Below, in pieces: positions 39,319 through 49,738 of a DNA stretch of 64,000 nucleotides. A program made the translations under genes and the position numbers. Origin of the DNA: a virus; the IMG/VR virus record IMGVR_UViG_3300027659_000010; one strand, given 5' to 3'. Below the pieces are notes generated by a model. It was not told the origin of the DNA. It saw only the letters and a program-made list of their open reading frames with translations, and did no database searches. Position 1 is the stretch's first letter, and every line of letters starts with the position of its first letter.

Positions 39319-39591
39319 ATGTCAGACACTTTTACAGCACCAAAACTACCAGAAGTAAAATTCAGCAAAAACGGCTACGAAATCCGTACAGACATCTTGG
39401 ACATGGCCAAGGGCTTGGTAAGCGAAGACTTTCACGCTAAATTCCGTGGTTGGGAAATGACCGCTGCTCGCGATGAAAAGACTGGTCAGTTTATAACCAA
39501 AGTTGGTATGCCTGAGTTTCCAGGCTTAGACAAAGTGCTAGAAACCGCCGAAAAAATGTATTCATTTGTTAACAGCGGCGTGAAGAAATAA
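39319..39591 (+). CDS. Phage hypothetical protein
   Basis: KNGYEIRTDIL...AEKMYSFV; strong SD. Confidence 0.7.
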   Translation: MSDTFTAPKLPEVKFSKNGYEIRTDILDMAKGLVSEDFHAKFRGWEMTAARDEKTGQFITKVGMPEFPGLDKVLETAEKMYSFVNSGVKK

Positions 39592-39635
39592 TATTACGCT
39601 CATAGAGCAATATATCAATATATATAGCAGTAAAT

Positions 39636-39657
39636 GAAACCCCCTTTCGGGGGTTTC
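39636..39657 (+). terminator. Terminator hairpin
   Basis: GAAACCCCC-TTTC-GGGGGTTTC-like stem. Confidence 0.7.
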
Positions 39658-39674
39658 TATTGAATAGATACACT

Positions 39675-40385
39675 ATGCTTGAACTAATTAAAAATTTTTT
39701 CACAGAAGAAGAATGTGCAGATGCCCTAAAAGAAATAAATCTTTCTCAACCTCTGTGGAAAAAATGTGTAGATACTGACATGTATGTGTTAGGCAACAGT
39801 TTTTTAAGAAACCAAACACAGGAATATTTCAACAAACATACTGTAGATTCTGCAACTGTGGAATTATTTCGTAAAAAAATAAGTAGTTTATTCCAACAAG
39901 AAGTAAAATTTTGTCAAACTTTATCTAGACCTGGATTTCAAATTATAAAACGCAATGAGTCTAATAAACCATGTGTTTGGCATTACGATACTATATTAGT
40001 TCGATTTCCGTATAACCGTGATTTTTTAGACTATGAGAATTTTGACAATTATTTCGAAAATTATTATGTGTTCGGGCTGATGTTGTCCACAGGATTATCT
40101 AGTTTCGATTATTTTCCAGAAACTCAATCAAACTTCAGTTCTATTAAAAGTGGAACGCCCTTGTGTGAAAATCATCATGACTTAGTAGGTGATGAATGTG
40201 GAAATCCTAACTGCAAACTTATAAAGTTTAACACCGTAGAATACACTCAAGGATCGTTATTGATTCAGAGTAAGAAGATACTGCATAGAGTGGGTATTAA
40301 AGATATCGACGGTACAAAAGAACAAAGGATGACTCTACAAGCATATGGGGTTGTTAAGAATGATATAATGTATCTGATTTGGTAG
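39675..40385 (+). CDS. 2OG-Fe(II) oxygenase-like protein
   Basis: WHYD...LHRV...RMTLQ. Confidence 0.55.
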   Translation: MLELIKNFFTEEECADALKEINLSQPLWKKCVDTDMYVLGNSFLRNQTQEYFNKHTVDSATVELFRKKISSLFQQEVKFCQTLSRPGFQIIKRNESNKPCVWHYDTILVRFPYNRDFLDYENFDNYFENYYVFGLMLSTGLSSFDYFPETQSNFSSIKSGTPLCENHHDLVGDECGNPNCKLIKFNTVEYTQGSLLIQSKKILHRVGIKDIDGTKEQRMTLQAYGVVKNDIMYLIW

Positions 40386-40989
40386 CTACGGTGAATTTAC
40401 TAAATCCATGTCCCAGCAATTTCGTTGATATACGGTAATTGTAGTTTTTAATTTGATCTTTAACCTCTTCTATTGTGTAAGCGGAACGAAATGAATTTAT
40501 AGCATCAGTTGTTAGAGATATATGTGTAAAATTAGTATCGTTAGGTCTAGACAAATCGCATACCAAAATATTGTTGCTCAATGTTTCTATAATGTTCCAA
40601 AATTTTACAGTATTGCTGACATGATGTAAAACTCTGTTTGCTATAACCAAATCAAATTTACCAGTGGCGTTTAAAAAATCATCTTGTATGATCTCAATCC
40701 TATTATTGAGATTTTCTTTGATTATATTTTTTTTAGAAATTTTAATCATTTCTTCGCTGAGCTCATAGCAGGTAAATTTTAATCTTGGATATTTTTTACA
40801 CAATGCTATTACAAAATTACATGATCCTGACCCTAGATCGACAACAGTTCCTTCGGTCAACCCGCAAAATTCAGTGTAGGTGTCCATAAAATCTAAAATT
40901 ATGTCGGGACAATCAAGAAATTCCTGATTATAAAGCTCACACTGATCTTTATTTTGCATTATTTCTGGTTCAGGTATTCTTTCAAACAT
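40354..40989 (-). CDS. Class I SAM methyltransferase
   Basis: VDLGSGSC, FDLVIANRVLHH. Confidence 0.85.
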   Translation of the reverse strand: MFERIPEPEIMQNKDQCELYNQEFLDCPDIILDFMDTYTEFCGLTEGTVVDLGSGSCNFVIALCKKYPRLKFTCYELSEEMIKISKKNIIKENLNNRIEIIQDDFLNATGKFDLVIANRVLHHVSNTVKFWNIIETLSNNILVCDLSRPNDTNFTHISLTTDAINSFRSAYTIEEVKDQIKNYNYRISTKLLGHGFSKFTVATKSDTLYHS

Positions 40990-40995
40990 GAGGTA

Positions 40996-41697
40996 TTATC
41001 TAACTGTGGCTAACTTAAAGAACCGCAGTATTGAAATATACATCCATCCTATATCAAACTCCCACCAACGTTGACTGAATTTCGCCGATGCTCCGTTGTC
41101 GTGGTGATTGGCATGTAATTCCTCGCCGCCGATCCAGATTGCCCACGGTACGAGATTACGGCTGGTATCCTCAGCGGGTCTGTTGCGATAGCCCCACCAG
41201 TGGCATAGACCGTTAATCACTCCTGCGGCAAAAAATGGTATCCAAAGCATCTGTACACCCCATACCAGTAGTCCCCACGGGCCAAAAAGCCAAAGGTCTA
41301 TGACCAACAATATAAGAATCCCCAAGCGACTGTGCGGGGTGTACAGATTTTCTTCTATCCAATCGTTAGGGGTGCCTTGACCCAGCTGTTCTACCATCAG
41401 TTTGTTCTTGCTGGCAGTGTTATATAACAGTGCGCCTCCGAACAGCACACGCCAAATGCCATATACTTTGGGACTGTGTGGATCTGCGGCTTTGTCAGCA
41501 GCTTGATGATGTTTGCGATGTATGGCCACCCACTGCTTGGTTACCATTCCTGTGGTCATCCACAACCAAAATCTCATAAAATGATTGACCACAGGGTGAA
41601 ACGACACGGCTCTGTGTGTTTGACTACGATGTAGGTACAGTGTTACACACATAATAGTGATTTGCACCATCACCAAGGTATAGATTATTATATTCAT
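40996..41697 (-). CDS. Fatty acid (delta-9-type) desaturase
   Basis: His boxes HRSQTH, HRKHH, HANHH. Confidence 0.9.
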   Translation of the reverse strand: MNIIIYTLVMVQITIMCVTLYLHRSQTHRAVSFHPVVNHFMRFWLWMTTGMVTKQWVAIHRKHHQAADKAADPHSPKVYGIWRVLFGGALLYNTASKNKLMVEQLGQGTPNDWIEENLYTPHSRLGILILLVIDLWLFGPWGLLVWGVQMLWIPFFAAGVINGLCHWWGYRNRPAEDTSRNLVPWAIWIGGEELHANHHDNGASAKFSQRWWEFDIGWMYISILRFFKLATVR

Positions 41698-41700
41698 CTT

Positions 41701-44700
41701 TTACTTATGTTTTTTAAAATAATAATCTCCATCTGGTCCGTTGGTGCTAAACATACCCATGTTCTGGAATCCTAGATTCTGCATGTATTCTATCACGGTA
41801 TCCTGCAGTGGAGCTCCTTTGTTATATTCTACACTTTGTAATTCCAGTATCACATGATCACACTGTGACAGTGTATCATGAGCTCCCTTTAGCACATCTA
41901 GTTCGGCGCCTTGTACGTCCATTTTAATCAAATCAGGCATGGGTAATTTTTTTAGATTAACCACGGCATCCAAAGTCACTGTGGTGTACGATTTTCGGTG
42001 ACTGTCATTGAAATACTCATGCGCTTGGGCATTGACTTCTATGTTTTCACGGTAATAGCTGTTGCCGCCAGGATGATAGGTGTTCTGATAAAAATCCACG
42101 GTTTTACCAGTGGCGTCGCTGAGCACACCAATGTGATATTGTAAGTTCTGTTCTTGATAAAGAAATTCACATTCTGGCATGGCTTCAAATACCACATACT
42201 CTGATGCAGGCCAGATGCGTTTGGCTTCATTGGTCCAATGCAACACACAGGCTCCTATGTCATAGATCACCCTAGGCATAATTCCTAATTTTGCTATGTA
42301 ATCCACATGCTGTTGTGGTATTAACCGCTGACTGCCTAGTTCTCGCAACCGTTGAGAAAAATCTGATAGATCAATGGTTGGGGCTATTTCGGGATGAATA
42401 ACAAATTCTGTAGATCCTATGTGTTTGCAAAGGATCGTGGCATCTGCAAAAATTTTAAATCCGTGATTCCTAGCCTTGGTGCAGAAGTCTATGTCTTCAC
42501 TGACAGTGTTGTTGTGATTCAATGCAGAATGATATTGAAACTGAGGATATCCTATGCTTTTCAATACCTGAGATTTGACCAACACACAACCAAACCCACA
42601 ACCTGCTATTTCTAATAACCGTTGATTCTGTAGTTTCCAGTAAGGCATGTGACTGACACCGCCCCTGTCTGTGTGTTCGTAGATTTCTATTATCTGCTGC
42701 TGTTTGCGCTGTCTATACACTGCAGAAACTATGTCAACATCGTGCGCCAGTAATTTACTTAATGTGTCTGTGGCGAATACCATATCGGAATCCACAGCCC
42801 ATAGATAATCATAGCCATTCACGGCCCAATCTGCTATGAGATTACGCACCTGATCTACATTATATCCATAAAAGTATTGAAATGTGGTCTGGTATCCCTC
42901 GGGTATGATCTGATCGTAGATGCTCTTGAAGGTCTCCGCTTCTATGTTGCGAGCTGTGGGAATTGCTATGAGTATCTTTTTTTTTATCATTGTGGATTTA
43001 CCTATTATCTGTCTTGCTGTGGCATTTTGTTCAACAGCATTGACCTTGTAGTCGTTTAATGGATTTATATCATTGTAATTGTATACCACATCTTGCACAC
43101 ACAGAACTTTTTGATGATCAGCCTGCTCGATCAACGCATAGAATACAGCACCATCGCCTCCGGCTTTGTACCATTCATGATTCTCGTTTTGAAATAAACT
43201 GTCATCACAGCCGTTGATAAGGTATTTCTTGAATGTTCTAAGATGTGTGTAAGGCAGTATCCAATTGAAATGATGTTGTCTATAGCTGCGATCTTGTCGT
43301 ACCTGCAAGGGATATGGTTGGCTGATTAATGGTATTTTATCAGCCATGCTCCAACAACTACCATAGGTGAATTCCACACTGTTACTGTAAATGCCGTTGA
43401 AATAGGCCAACACTGTGTTGTCATTGATCAGGCTGTCATCACCATCTAAAATCATTACAATGCTGTGATCATCAAATGTTCTAAACATATCCACTTGATT
43501 TTTTACAGCCCCTTGGTTGGCTGTGTTCTGTATTAGGGTGAATTTGGATCTTAGAGTTTCGGGCAGTGCCTCTAACTCAGTGTTGATGATCTCTACAGTG
43601 TTGTCTGTGCTGGCATCATCAATCAACCAATGATGATAATTGTCGTAGTCTTGACTGGCAACACTTTTTACACAGTCGGCGATATAGTCTGCACAGTTAT
43701 AGAAAGTTGAAACTATATTGATGGTAGATTCTTGATTGACTCGGTGATTTTCTAATTCCACAAGATTATGGTATCTTCTACGCCATATTTTGTGTATGCG
43801 ATGATTGATCTCAGTTACTCTGCGATATTCATCTAGTGCCAGATAGCGGCCACAGGTTCGATAAAAGTGCTGTTTCCATTGCAGGGCCACAGAATCCCAA
43901 CCGGCCACTGTTTTGACTATGTTACAATAGTACTGTTTCTGTTGATGCAGATATCTGTTGTTAAAAGCACTTACTGTGAGATCAACAAATTTATTCACCT
44001 GATTTTGAGTGTTGATATCAGGGAACAGCACATTGGGCTCTATGGCATAATCCATGAGATAGCAGGCACCTTCTAGAGCGATTTCTTCCAGTGCGCCAAA
44101 TCTACAGGTTATTACAGGGGTATTATAGCACAGACTTTCTAGAGTGCTGATACCAAATGTTTCTGGAAAAGCTGCAGGATATATCATGAAATTGGCTTTC
44201 ACCAATCTATCTGCTATTTCACTCTGAGGTATCACCCCAGTGAATTCTATATCCAATTGCTGATTTACCGGATCGTTGGCCATTCTACGCCAATCTTGTT
44301 CTTGTTGATCTGGCTGACCATTCACGGTGAATCTGTAATAACCGCCTATGACCGTGAGTTTGGCCTGAGGAATCTGCTGTTTGATCCTAGGCCAAATCTG
44401 TTGAACCAAGGGTATCATGCCTTTGGTTACAGATGCATTATAGACGAATCGATTGGGGTCTTTGGCAGCAATATCCACTTCGGCATGATAGAGTCTAACA
44501 CCATTGCGGGTGATAAACATCTTGCGTTTCAAAACTTCAAAATTACGTCTGCGGCCATGATGACAGTTGGTGACATAGGACAAGTGCCAATCGCTAAGTG
44601 TGAATATGTCTGTGATATGATCAGTGACAGCCAGCTCTTCTATGAGATTATCACCTAGACAGAAAGTGTCATGCATCCAAAGCACTCGCTGTTTGGCTTT

Positions 44701-45051
44701 GCTGAGTATCCTCGCATAGAGATTCATACTGGCAAATGGCTGTGCTCTAGTATCACCAACTTTGTTGAATTGATCGCCCTCTAGAAAAGGTATAATGGTT
44801 CTACTGCTGATCACGATATCAAATTCGTGATCATCTGCGAGATCACGCAGAGGACGATAGGTCACTGAGTCATAGACTCCTGGCCTAGCATGATCTAGAT
44901 CACAGTTGTTGAACACAGTGACTTGGAAATTTAAACGAGATAATTCCAATGATATCAGTGTCACAGCACTTTCCGAACCACCTAGACCTTGTTTGAACAC
45001 AGTGGTTCCATCATATGGTATGCCTATGATGTCTATAATAGCTATTTTCAT
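41701..45051 (-). CDS. Multidomain glycosyltransferase (GT4 + two GT2-like) fused to FkbM methyltransferase
   Basis: GGSESA...ETFGISTLE; DDASTD...LDGDD; VDSDM...SEDIDF; DIGAC...KMDVQGAE. Confidence 0.85.
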   Translation of the reverse strand: MKIAIIDIIGIPYDGTTVFKQGLGGSESAVTLISLELSRLNFQVTVFNNCDLDHARPGVYDSVTYRPLRDLADDHEFDIVISSRTIIPFLEGDQFNKVGDTRAQPFASMNLYARILSKAKQRVLWMHDTFCLGDNLIEELAVTDHITDIFTLSDWHLSYVTNCHHGRRRNFEVLKRKMFITRNGVRLYHAEVDIAAKDPNRFVYNASVTKGMIPLVQQIWPRIKQQIPQAKLTVIGGYYRFTVNGQPDQQEQDWRRMANDPVNQQLDIEFTGVIPQSEIADRLVKANFMIYPAAFPETFGISTLESLCYNTPVITCRFGALEEIALEGACYLMDYAIEPNVLFPDINTQNQVNKFVDLTVSAFNNRYLHQQKQYYCNIVKTVAGWDSVALQWKQHFYRTCGRYLALDEYRRVTEINHRIHKIWRRRYHNLVELENHRVNQESTINIVSTFYNCADYIADCVKSVASQDYDNYHHWLIDDASTDNTVEIINTELEALPETLRSKFTLIQNTANQGAVKNQVDMFRTFDDHSIVMILDGDDSLINDNTVLAYFNGIYSNSVEFTYGSCWSMADKIPLISQPYPLQVRQDRSYRQHHFNWILPYTHLRTFKKYLINGCDDSLFQNENHEWYKAGGDGAVFYALIEQADHQKVLCVQDVVYNYNDINPLNDYKVNAVEQNATARQIIGKSTMIKKKILIAIPTARNIEAETFKSIYDQIIPEGYQTTFQYFYGYNVDQVRNLIADWAVNGYDYLWAVDSDMVFATDTLSKLLAHDVDIVSAVYRQRKQQQIIEIYEHTDRGGVSHMPYWKLQNQRLLEIAGCGFGCVLVKSQVLKSIGYPQFQYHSALNHNNTVSEDIDFCTKARNHGFKIFADATILCKHIGSTEFVIHPEIAPTIDLSDFSQRLRELGSQRLIPQQHVDYIAKLGIMPRVIYDIGACVLHWTNEAKRIWPASEYVVFEAMPECEFLYQEQNLQYHIGVLSDATGKTVDFYQNTYHPGGNSYYRENIEVNAQAHEYFNDSHRKSYTTVTLDAVVNLKKLPMPDLIKMDVQGAELDVLKGAHDTLSQCDHVILELQSVEYNKGAPLQDTVIEYMQNLGFQNMGMFSTNGPDGDYYFKKHK

Positions 45052-45098
45052 GTTTTTATATATCGTTTAATCTTGAATTTGTATGTGGTCATGACAGG

Positions 45099-45659
45099 TT
45101 AAACAAACCAAGTAATGATTGAATACCTATTACCCGATATTACCGGCATCACTTCGTGCGGATACATAAAATTGCTTGGAAACATCAGCGCGGATCCCGC
45201 TGATGGTTTTATTTGTATATCACGATTAAAAAAAGCAAATTCGCCCCCCTCGTAATCATCATTGAGAATAAAACTGCAGCTGACCGTTCTTGGCCTTTGT
45301 AAAAAACTATCAACGTGCTCTCTATAAAAACAACCTTGGGAATACCTAAGCAAATCGTAGCCAGTGTCATTGCTGATTTCTAACTGTTTAAAATTTGATT
45401 TATAGTGTTTGATAGCAGATAAACTGCATTTGAATAATTCTTCATCTAACTCTTTTAATATCGGATGTTGATTCTGTAACTGTTTTTTTGAAATAGATAT
45501 AATATCTACGTTACGCACAGATTTATCTATGATTCCTCTTTTTCCCACGACTGTAGGAGTCCATATCTTACTGTTCTTCGTGGTAGATATTATCTTGTCA
45601 CAGAGTTTTTTTGGGATAACGTTATCAAAAACTTTGATATAATCTTGCAAGGTATTCAT
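45099..45659 (-). CDS. Prolyl-4-hydroxylase-like 2OG-Fe(II) oxygenase
   Basis: HVD, LNDDYEGGEF, FPSNFMYPHEV, RYSIITW. Confidence 0.85.
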   Translation of the reverse strand: MNTLQDYIKVFDNVIPKKLCDKIISTTKNSKIWTPTVVGKRGIIDKSVRNVDIISISKKQLQNQHPILKELDEELFKCSLSAIKHYKSNFKQLEISNDTGYDLLRYSQGCFYREHVDSFLQRPRTVSCSFILNDDYEGGEFAFFNRDIQIKPSAGSALMFPSNFMYPHEVMPVISGNRYSIITWFV

Positions 45660-46214
45660 CTAAAATCTTTTTCTTTTGTCAAACACTGCCCAAGAGTTTG
45701 GTCCTCTGGATCTCACGTAATGTAAGAAGACCTGTCCGTATTTTTCACCGCTGAACTTAGGCCTCCAATGCTCTGCTCTGCAGCCCAGGTAGATGACAGC
45801 CTGACCAGGCTCTAACCATAGTTCTCGGGTCTCACCTTGGCTGGTTTTTATACAAAACGGCCATGCTTTGTCTCCCCATAAATGTATGCTTGCACTAATT
45901 TCGCAGGCTTCTCGGTCAGTGTGTATCTTTAATTCTTCTTGTTTCTGATAAACTCTGCCATAACAATAGGTAGGAAACACTGTTTCGTGACACTGCTCCT
46001 TGATCGTTGGGATCTTATCAACTAATATTTCTAGAAACGGAAGATAATTATAGATAAACGGGCTGTTTGGAGCCTGGCTATCCCCTGGCATGTTATATAG
46101 TAAGCCTGAACAAAACTTATTAAATTCTTTATAGAGAGAAAGTGCTGTTTCTTTTGCTATGAAGTTTTCTACTAATAAGTAATTGTCTTCTAATAGTTTA
46201 GGATTGAGAGGCAT
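45660..46214 (-). CDS. 2OG-Fe(II) oxygenase
   Basis: HTDREACEIS, HWR, QVFLHY. Confidence 0.75.
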   Translation of the reverse strand: MPLNPKLLEDNYLLVENFIAKETALSLYKEFNKFCSGLLYNMPGDSQAPNSPFIYNYLPFLEILVDKIPTIKEQCHETVFPTYCYGRVYQKQEELKIHTDREACEISASIHLWGDKAWPFCIKTSQGETRELWLEPGQAVIYLGCRAEHWRPKFSGEKYGQVFLHYVRSRGPNSWAVFDKRKRF

Positions 46215-46407
46215 TTAGATCGATTGAGTGATCTCCTTCGGTGTCCTGTTTTAATTCCATACTGAGAAAATCAATGATTCCCTGCAGTTTCAGCGCAGTT
46301 TCTTTGAGCTGCATGACTTCTCTTTCTTTGTTTGATAACGCTTTGAGCGTTTCATCTTGCTGTAGTTGCATGTTTGTTAGACGACTTTGCATTTGGTGTT
46401 GATTCAT
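46198..46407 (-). CDS. Small coiled-coil protein
   Basis: Heptad pattern. Confidence 0.55.
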   Translation of the reverse strand: MNQHQMQSRLTNMQLQQDETLKALSNKEREVMQLKETALKLQGIIDFLSMELKQDTEGDHSIDLNASQS

Positions 46408-46455
46408 ATAAAATCTCCTGTGTAACTAATTTATTTCAAATAGATTAGACTACCA

Positions 46456-46791
46456 TCAGTTCTGAAATGAAAAAGTCCTAGGACCAGCAGAGTCAATCAT
46501 ATTTTGAATCCTTGTCTCTAACAACTGTTTCCAACCATTTTTGACCAGAGAATCTCTCAACATCGTGTCAATCTGCGATTCTGTAAAGTTTTCAAAAAGA
46601 ACAAATGGCTCAGCATCGTTGTATTCTCTATCGATATCTAACCGATATGTTCTCACTACTCCTGCTGATATACCGCTGTCGGAATCTGTTGCGATCACTG
46701 TAAATGTGATTTCTTTCAATACATCCTGGCGACCTTTGTATTCTGACAGAACCACCGGTTTTATTTCATTTAACTCATAGCTTATGTTCAT
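46456..46791 (-). CDS. Tail-fibre-associated small protein
   Basis: Directly follows the fibre gene; FVLFENFTESQI. Confidence 0.5.
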   Translation of the reverse strand: MNISYELNEIKPVVLSEYKGRQDVLKEITFTVIATDSDSGISAGVVRTYRLDIDREYNDAEPFVLFENFTESQIDTMLRDSLVKNGWKQLLETRIQNMIDSAGPRTFSFQN

Positions 46792-46806
46792 AGTATTTCT
46801 CCTTGA

Positions 46807-49716
46807 CTATTTATTTTCTAGGACAGATAACCTAGCAGTTATCTGCTGTATGGCCTTGATCAATGGTGCTACTATTTTAGGATAATCTAGGCTCTTGGTT
46901 CCATCTTTGTTGATAGACACTAGCTCTGGCATAATCAATTCAACATCATTGGCTATTAGTCCTATTTCATCCTGGCTGCCGAGGCGCTCTACATCTATCC
47001 AATTGTATATCACAGGCACTAACTGTAATATTTCTTCTAGTCCATAGGTGACAGATCTAATATTAGTTTTCACAGTTCTATCAGACGACGAATTAGTTAA
47101 TACTCCGCTGGCGTCACTGTATACTGCTCTGTTGCCAACACCACCCAATGGAGCTACCGTACCGAACCCTCTGAGGAAGATTCGTGAGTTGTTGCTGCCA
47201 CCACCTATGTAGATATTGGCCTGGGCAGCTCCAGGACCACTGAGATTCATGTTATCGCCGATCCACATATTGGCTGCAGTACTAGGGCTGGGTGCAAATC
47301 CAGCTCCAAAGTATAGGTTACCACTAGTGGCACCAAAATTGCTTTCGAACACACCACTGGCATCACAGAACGTGGATCTGTAGGCACCTGGATATGAAGC
47401 AGGTGCGGCTTCGTTGGGGAAATTAGTAATTCCCCTGAGATAGATCTGTGAGTCGTTGTTGGCGCCACCTATATAGATATTGGCCTGTCTGCCGCCAGGA
47501 ACATTATAGTTCATTGCATCGCCGATATACATGTTGGCTACAGTACCAGGGCTGGATCCAAATCCAGCTCCAAAGTATAGGGTACCTCCAGTGGCACCGA
47601 AGATGCTTTCTGCTACTCCATCAGTTCCGGAGGCATGCATGGACTTCCAAATGCCTGGGTAAGAGGCACTGACTTCGTTGGGGAAGTAGATATTGCCCCT
47701 GAGATAGATCAGTGAGTTGTTGCTGGCACCACCTATGTAGATATTGGCTTGAACACCATTAGGATGAAGGTTCATTTCTGAACCTAGATAGATCGAAGAA
47801 GCAGCACTTGGTCCTGGAGCAAATCCTTGGGCAATATAAAAGTTTTGGCTGTTCGCAGCACTGAAGAAAGATTGCAAAGTGCCATCTGAGTAAAATGCCC
47901 CGGCTCGATATGTGGCTCCGGTATAACCAGTAGGGGCGCCGGTAACAGCTGGATTATAAGTCATCACGTTTTGTAGATAACTTCTTCCCCTGAGATAGAT
48001 CAGTGAGTTGTTGCTGGCACCACCTATGTAGATATTGGCCTGGGCAACTCCAGGACCACTGAGATTCATGTTATCGCCGATATACATATTGGCTGCAGTA
48101 CTAGGGCCGGGTGCAAATCCAGCTCCAAAATATAGGGTACCACCAGCGGCACCAAATGTGCTTTCAAATACACCAGTTGAATCAAAGAACGTGGATCTGT
48201 AGGCACCCGGATATGCAGGATTGGCTTCGTTGGGGAAATTAGTAATTCCCCTGAGATAGATCTGTGAGTTGTTGCTGGCACCACCTATGTAGATATTGGC
48301 CAGGCCAGCTCCAGGAGGACTGAGATTCATGTTATCGCCGATATACATGTTGGCTGCAGTACTAGTAGGGCTAGGTGCAAATCCAGCTCCAAAGTATAGG
48401 GTACCTCCAGTGGCACCAAAATTGCTTTCGAACACACCACTGGCATCAAAGAACGTGGATCTGTAGACACCTAGATATGAAGCAGGTGCGGCTTCGTTGG
48501 GGAAATTAGTAGTTCCCCTGAGATAGATCTGTGAGTTGTTGCTGGCACCACCTATGTAGATATTGGCCAGGCCAGCTCCAGGAGGACTGAGATTCATGTT
48601 ATCGCCGATATACATGTTGGCCGCAGTACTAGTAGGGCTAGGTGCAAATCCAGCTCCAAAATATAGGGTACCACCAGCGGCACCAAATGTGCTTTCAAAT
48701 ACACCAGTTGAATCAAAGAACGTGGATCTGTAGGCACCCGGATATGCAGGATTGGCTTCGTTGGGGAAATTAGTAATTCCCCTGAGATAGATCTGTGAGT
48801 TGTTGCTGGCACCACCTATGTAGATATTGGCCAGGCCAGCTCCAGGAGGACTGAGATTCATGTTATCGCCGATATACATGTTGGCTGCAGTACTAGTAGG
48901 GCTAGGTGCAAATCCAGCACCAAAGTATAGGTTACCTCCAGTGGCAGTGAAGTTGCTTTCTAGGAACCCATCACTGAGGGTGAATGCGGACTTGTACCCA
49001 CCTGGATACGAAGCACTGGCTTCGTTGGGAAAGTAGATATTTCCAGTTACAGTCAAGGTAGTCGTAGGTTGGCTCCAGGTTAGATTGGCGCTGCCACCGA
49101 ACACACCGTTGTTGTTGTACTGTATCTGTGTGTTTGATCCGCCCGCAGACGACCCACTGCCTGTATAACCCTGACTACCTGTAAATCCTGCACTACCTGT
49201 AAATCCTCCGGCAGGTCCTTGACTACCTACGAATCCAGTACTTCCAGCACTACCTGTGTACCCAAAGTCTCCTTTACTACCTGTGAATCCTACGGCGGCA
49301 AATGCTCCGGAACTACCTGTGAATCCTTGGCTACCTGTATAACCTATTTCTCCCACAGCTCCTTCGAGATTAACAATCCAGGAGGAGTATGCACCTGATC
49401 CTACAGAACTTAGTACATCGGCCTGCATCACTCCAGTGTTAGAATTGTAGGAGGTTATATTCATGATCATATAATTGCCAGTGTCATAACTGACTTTTAT
49501 AGTTTGATTAATACTATAACCTAACTCGGTTTCTATAGTAAAGGTCTTAGTGCCGGAAGAAGAGATAGTAAGTGTAGTAGAACTGGTAGTTTTATATCTA
49601 TCTCCTTTTTCACCTTGACTACCGGTGAATCCCTGACTACCAGTGTAGCCTATACTACCAGTAAATCCTAGGGGAAGATTACTTGATAAAAGGGTTTGTA
49701 TATCAACAGTAGCCAT
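46807..49716 (-). CDS. Tail fibre: short collagen, seven ~88-aa repeats, C-terminal S74 intramolecular chaperone
   Basis: GFTGS repeats; repeat ...NIYIGGASNNSQIYLRG x7; SSDRTVKTNI...IGLIANDV...LIKAIQ. Confidence 0.85.
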   Translation of the reverse strand: MATVDIQTLLSSNLPLGFTGSIGYTGSQGFTGSQGEKGDRYKTTSSTTLTISSSGTKTFTIETELGYSINQTIKVSYDTGNYMIMNITSYNSNTGVMQADVLSSVGSGAYSSWIVNLEGAVGEIGYTGSQGFTGSSGAFAAVGFTGSKGDFGYTGSAGSTGFVGSQGPAGGFTGSAGFTGSQGYTGSGSSAGGSNTQIQYNNNGVFGGSANLTWSQPTTTLTVTGNIYFPNEASASYPGGYKSAFTLSDGFLESNFTATGGNLYFGAGFAPSPTSTAANMYIGDNMNLSPPGAGLANIYIGGASNNSQIYLRGITNFPNEANPAYPGAYRSTFFDSTGVFESTFGAAGGTLYFGAGFAPSPTSTAANMYIGDNMNLSPPGAGLANIYIGGASNNSQIYLRGTTNFPNEAAPASYLGVYRSTFFDASGVFESNFGATGGTLYFGAGFAPSPTSTAANMYIGDNMNLSPPGAGLANIYIGGASNNSQIYLRGITNFPNEANPAYPGAYRSTFFDSTGVFESTFGAAGGTLYFGAGFAPGPSTAANMYIGDNMNLSGPGVAQANIYIGGASNNSLIYLRGRSYLQNVMTYNPAVTGAPTGYTGATYRAGAFYSDGTLQSFFSAANSQNFYIAQGFAPGPSAASSIYLGSEMNLHPNGVQANIYIGGASNNSLIYLRGNIYFPNEVSASYPGIWKSMHASGTDGVAESIFGATGGTLYFGAGFGSSPGTVANMYIGDAMNYNVPGGRQANIYIGGANNDSQIYLRGITNFPNEAAPASYPGAYRSTFCDASGVFESNFGATSGNLYFGAGFAPSPSTAANMWIGDNMNLSGPGAAQANIYIGGGSNNSRIFLRGFGTVAPLGGVGNRAVYSDASGVLTNSSSDRTVKTNIRSVTYGLEEILQLVPVIYNWIDVERLGSQDEIGLIANDVELIMPELVSINKDGTKSLDYPKIVAPLIKAIQQITARLSVLENK
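47170..49045. repeat. Intragenic tandem repeats of about 260-290 nt (7 units)
   Basis: Recurrent gagttgttgctggcaccacctatgtagatattggc; units 2 and 4 nearly identical. Confidence 0.9.
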
Positions 49717-49738
49717 ATGAAATATCCTGTTTTAGAAA

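Noticed and set aside
47170-49045. CRISPR array or diversity-generating retroelement
   Set aside because: Repeats are long, in-frame coding units with no unique spacers; no reverse transcriptase or obvious adenine-specific TR/VR pair in the window
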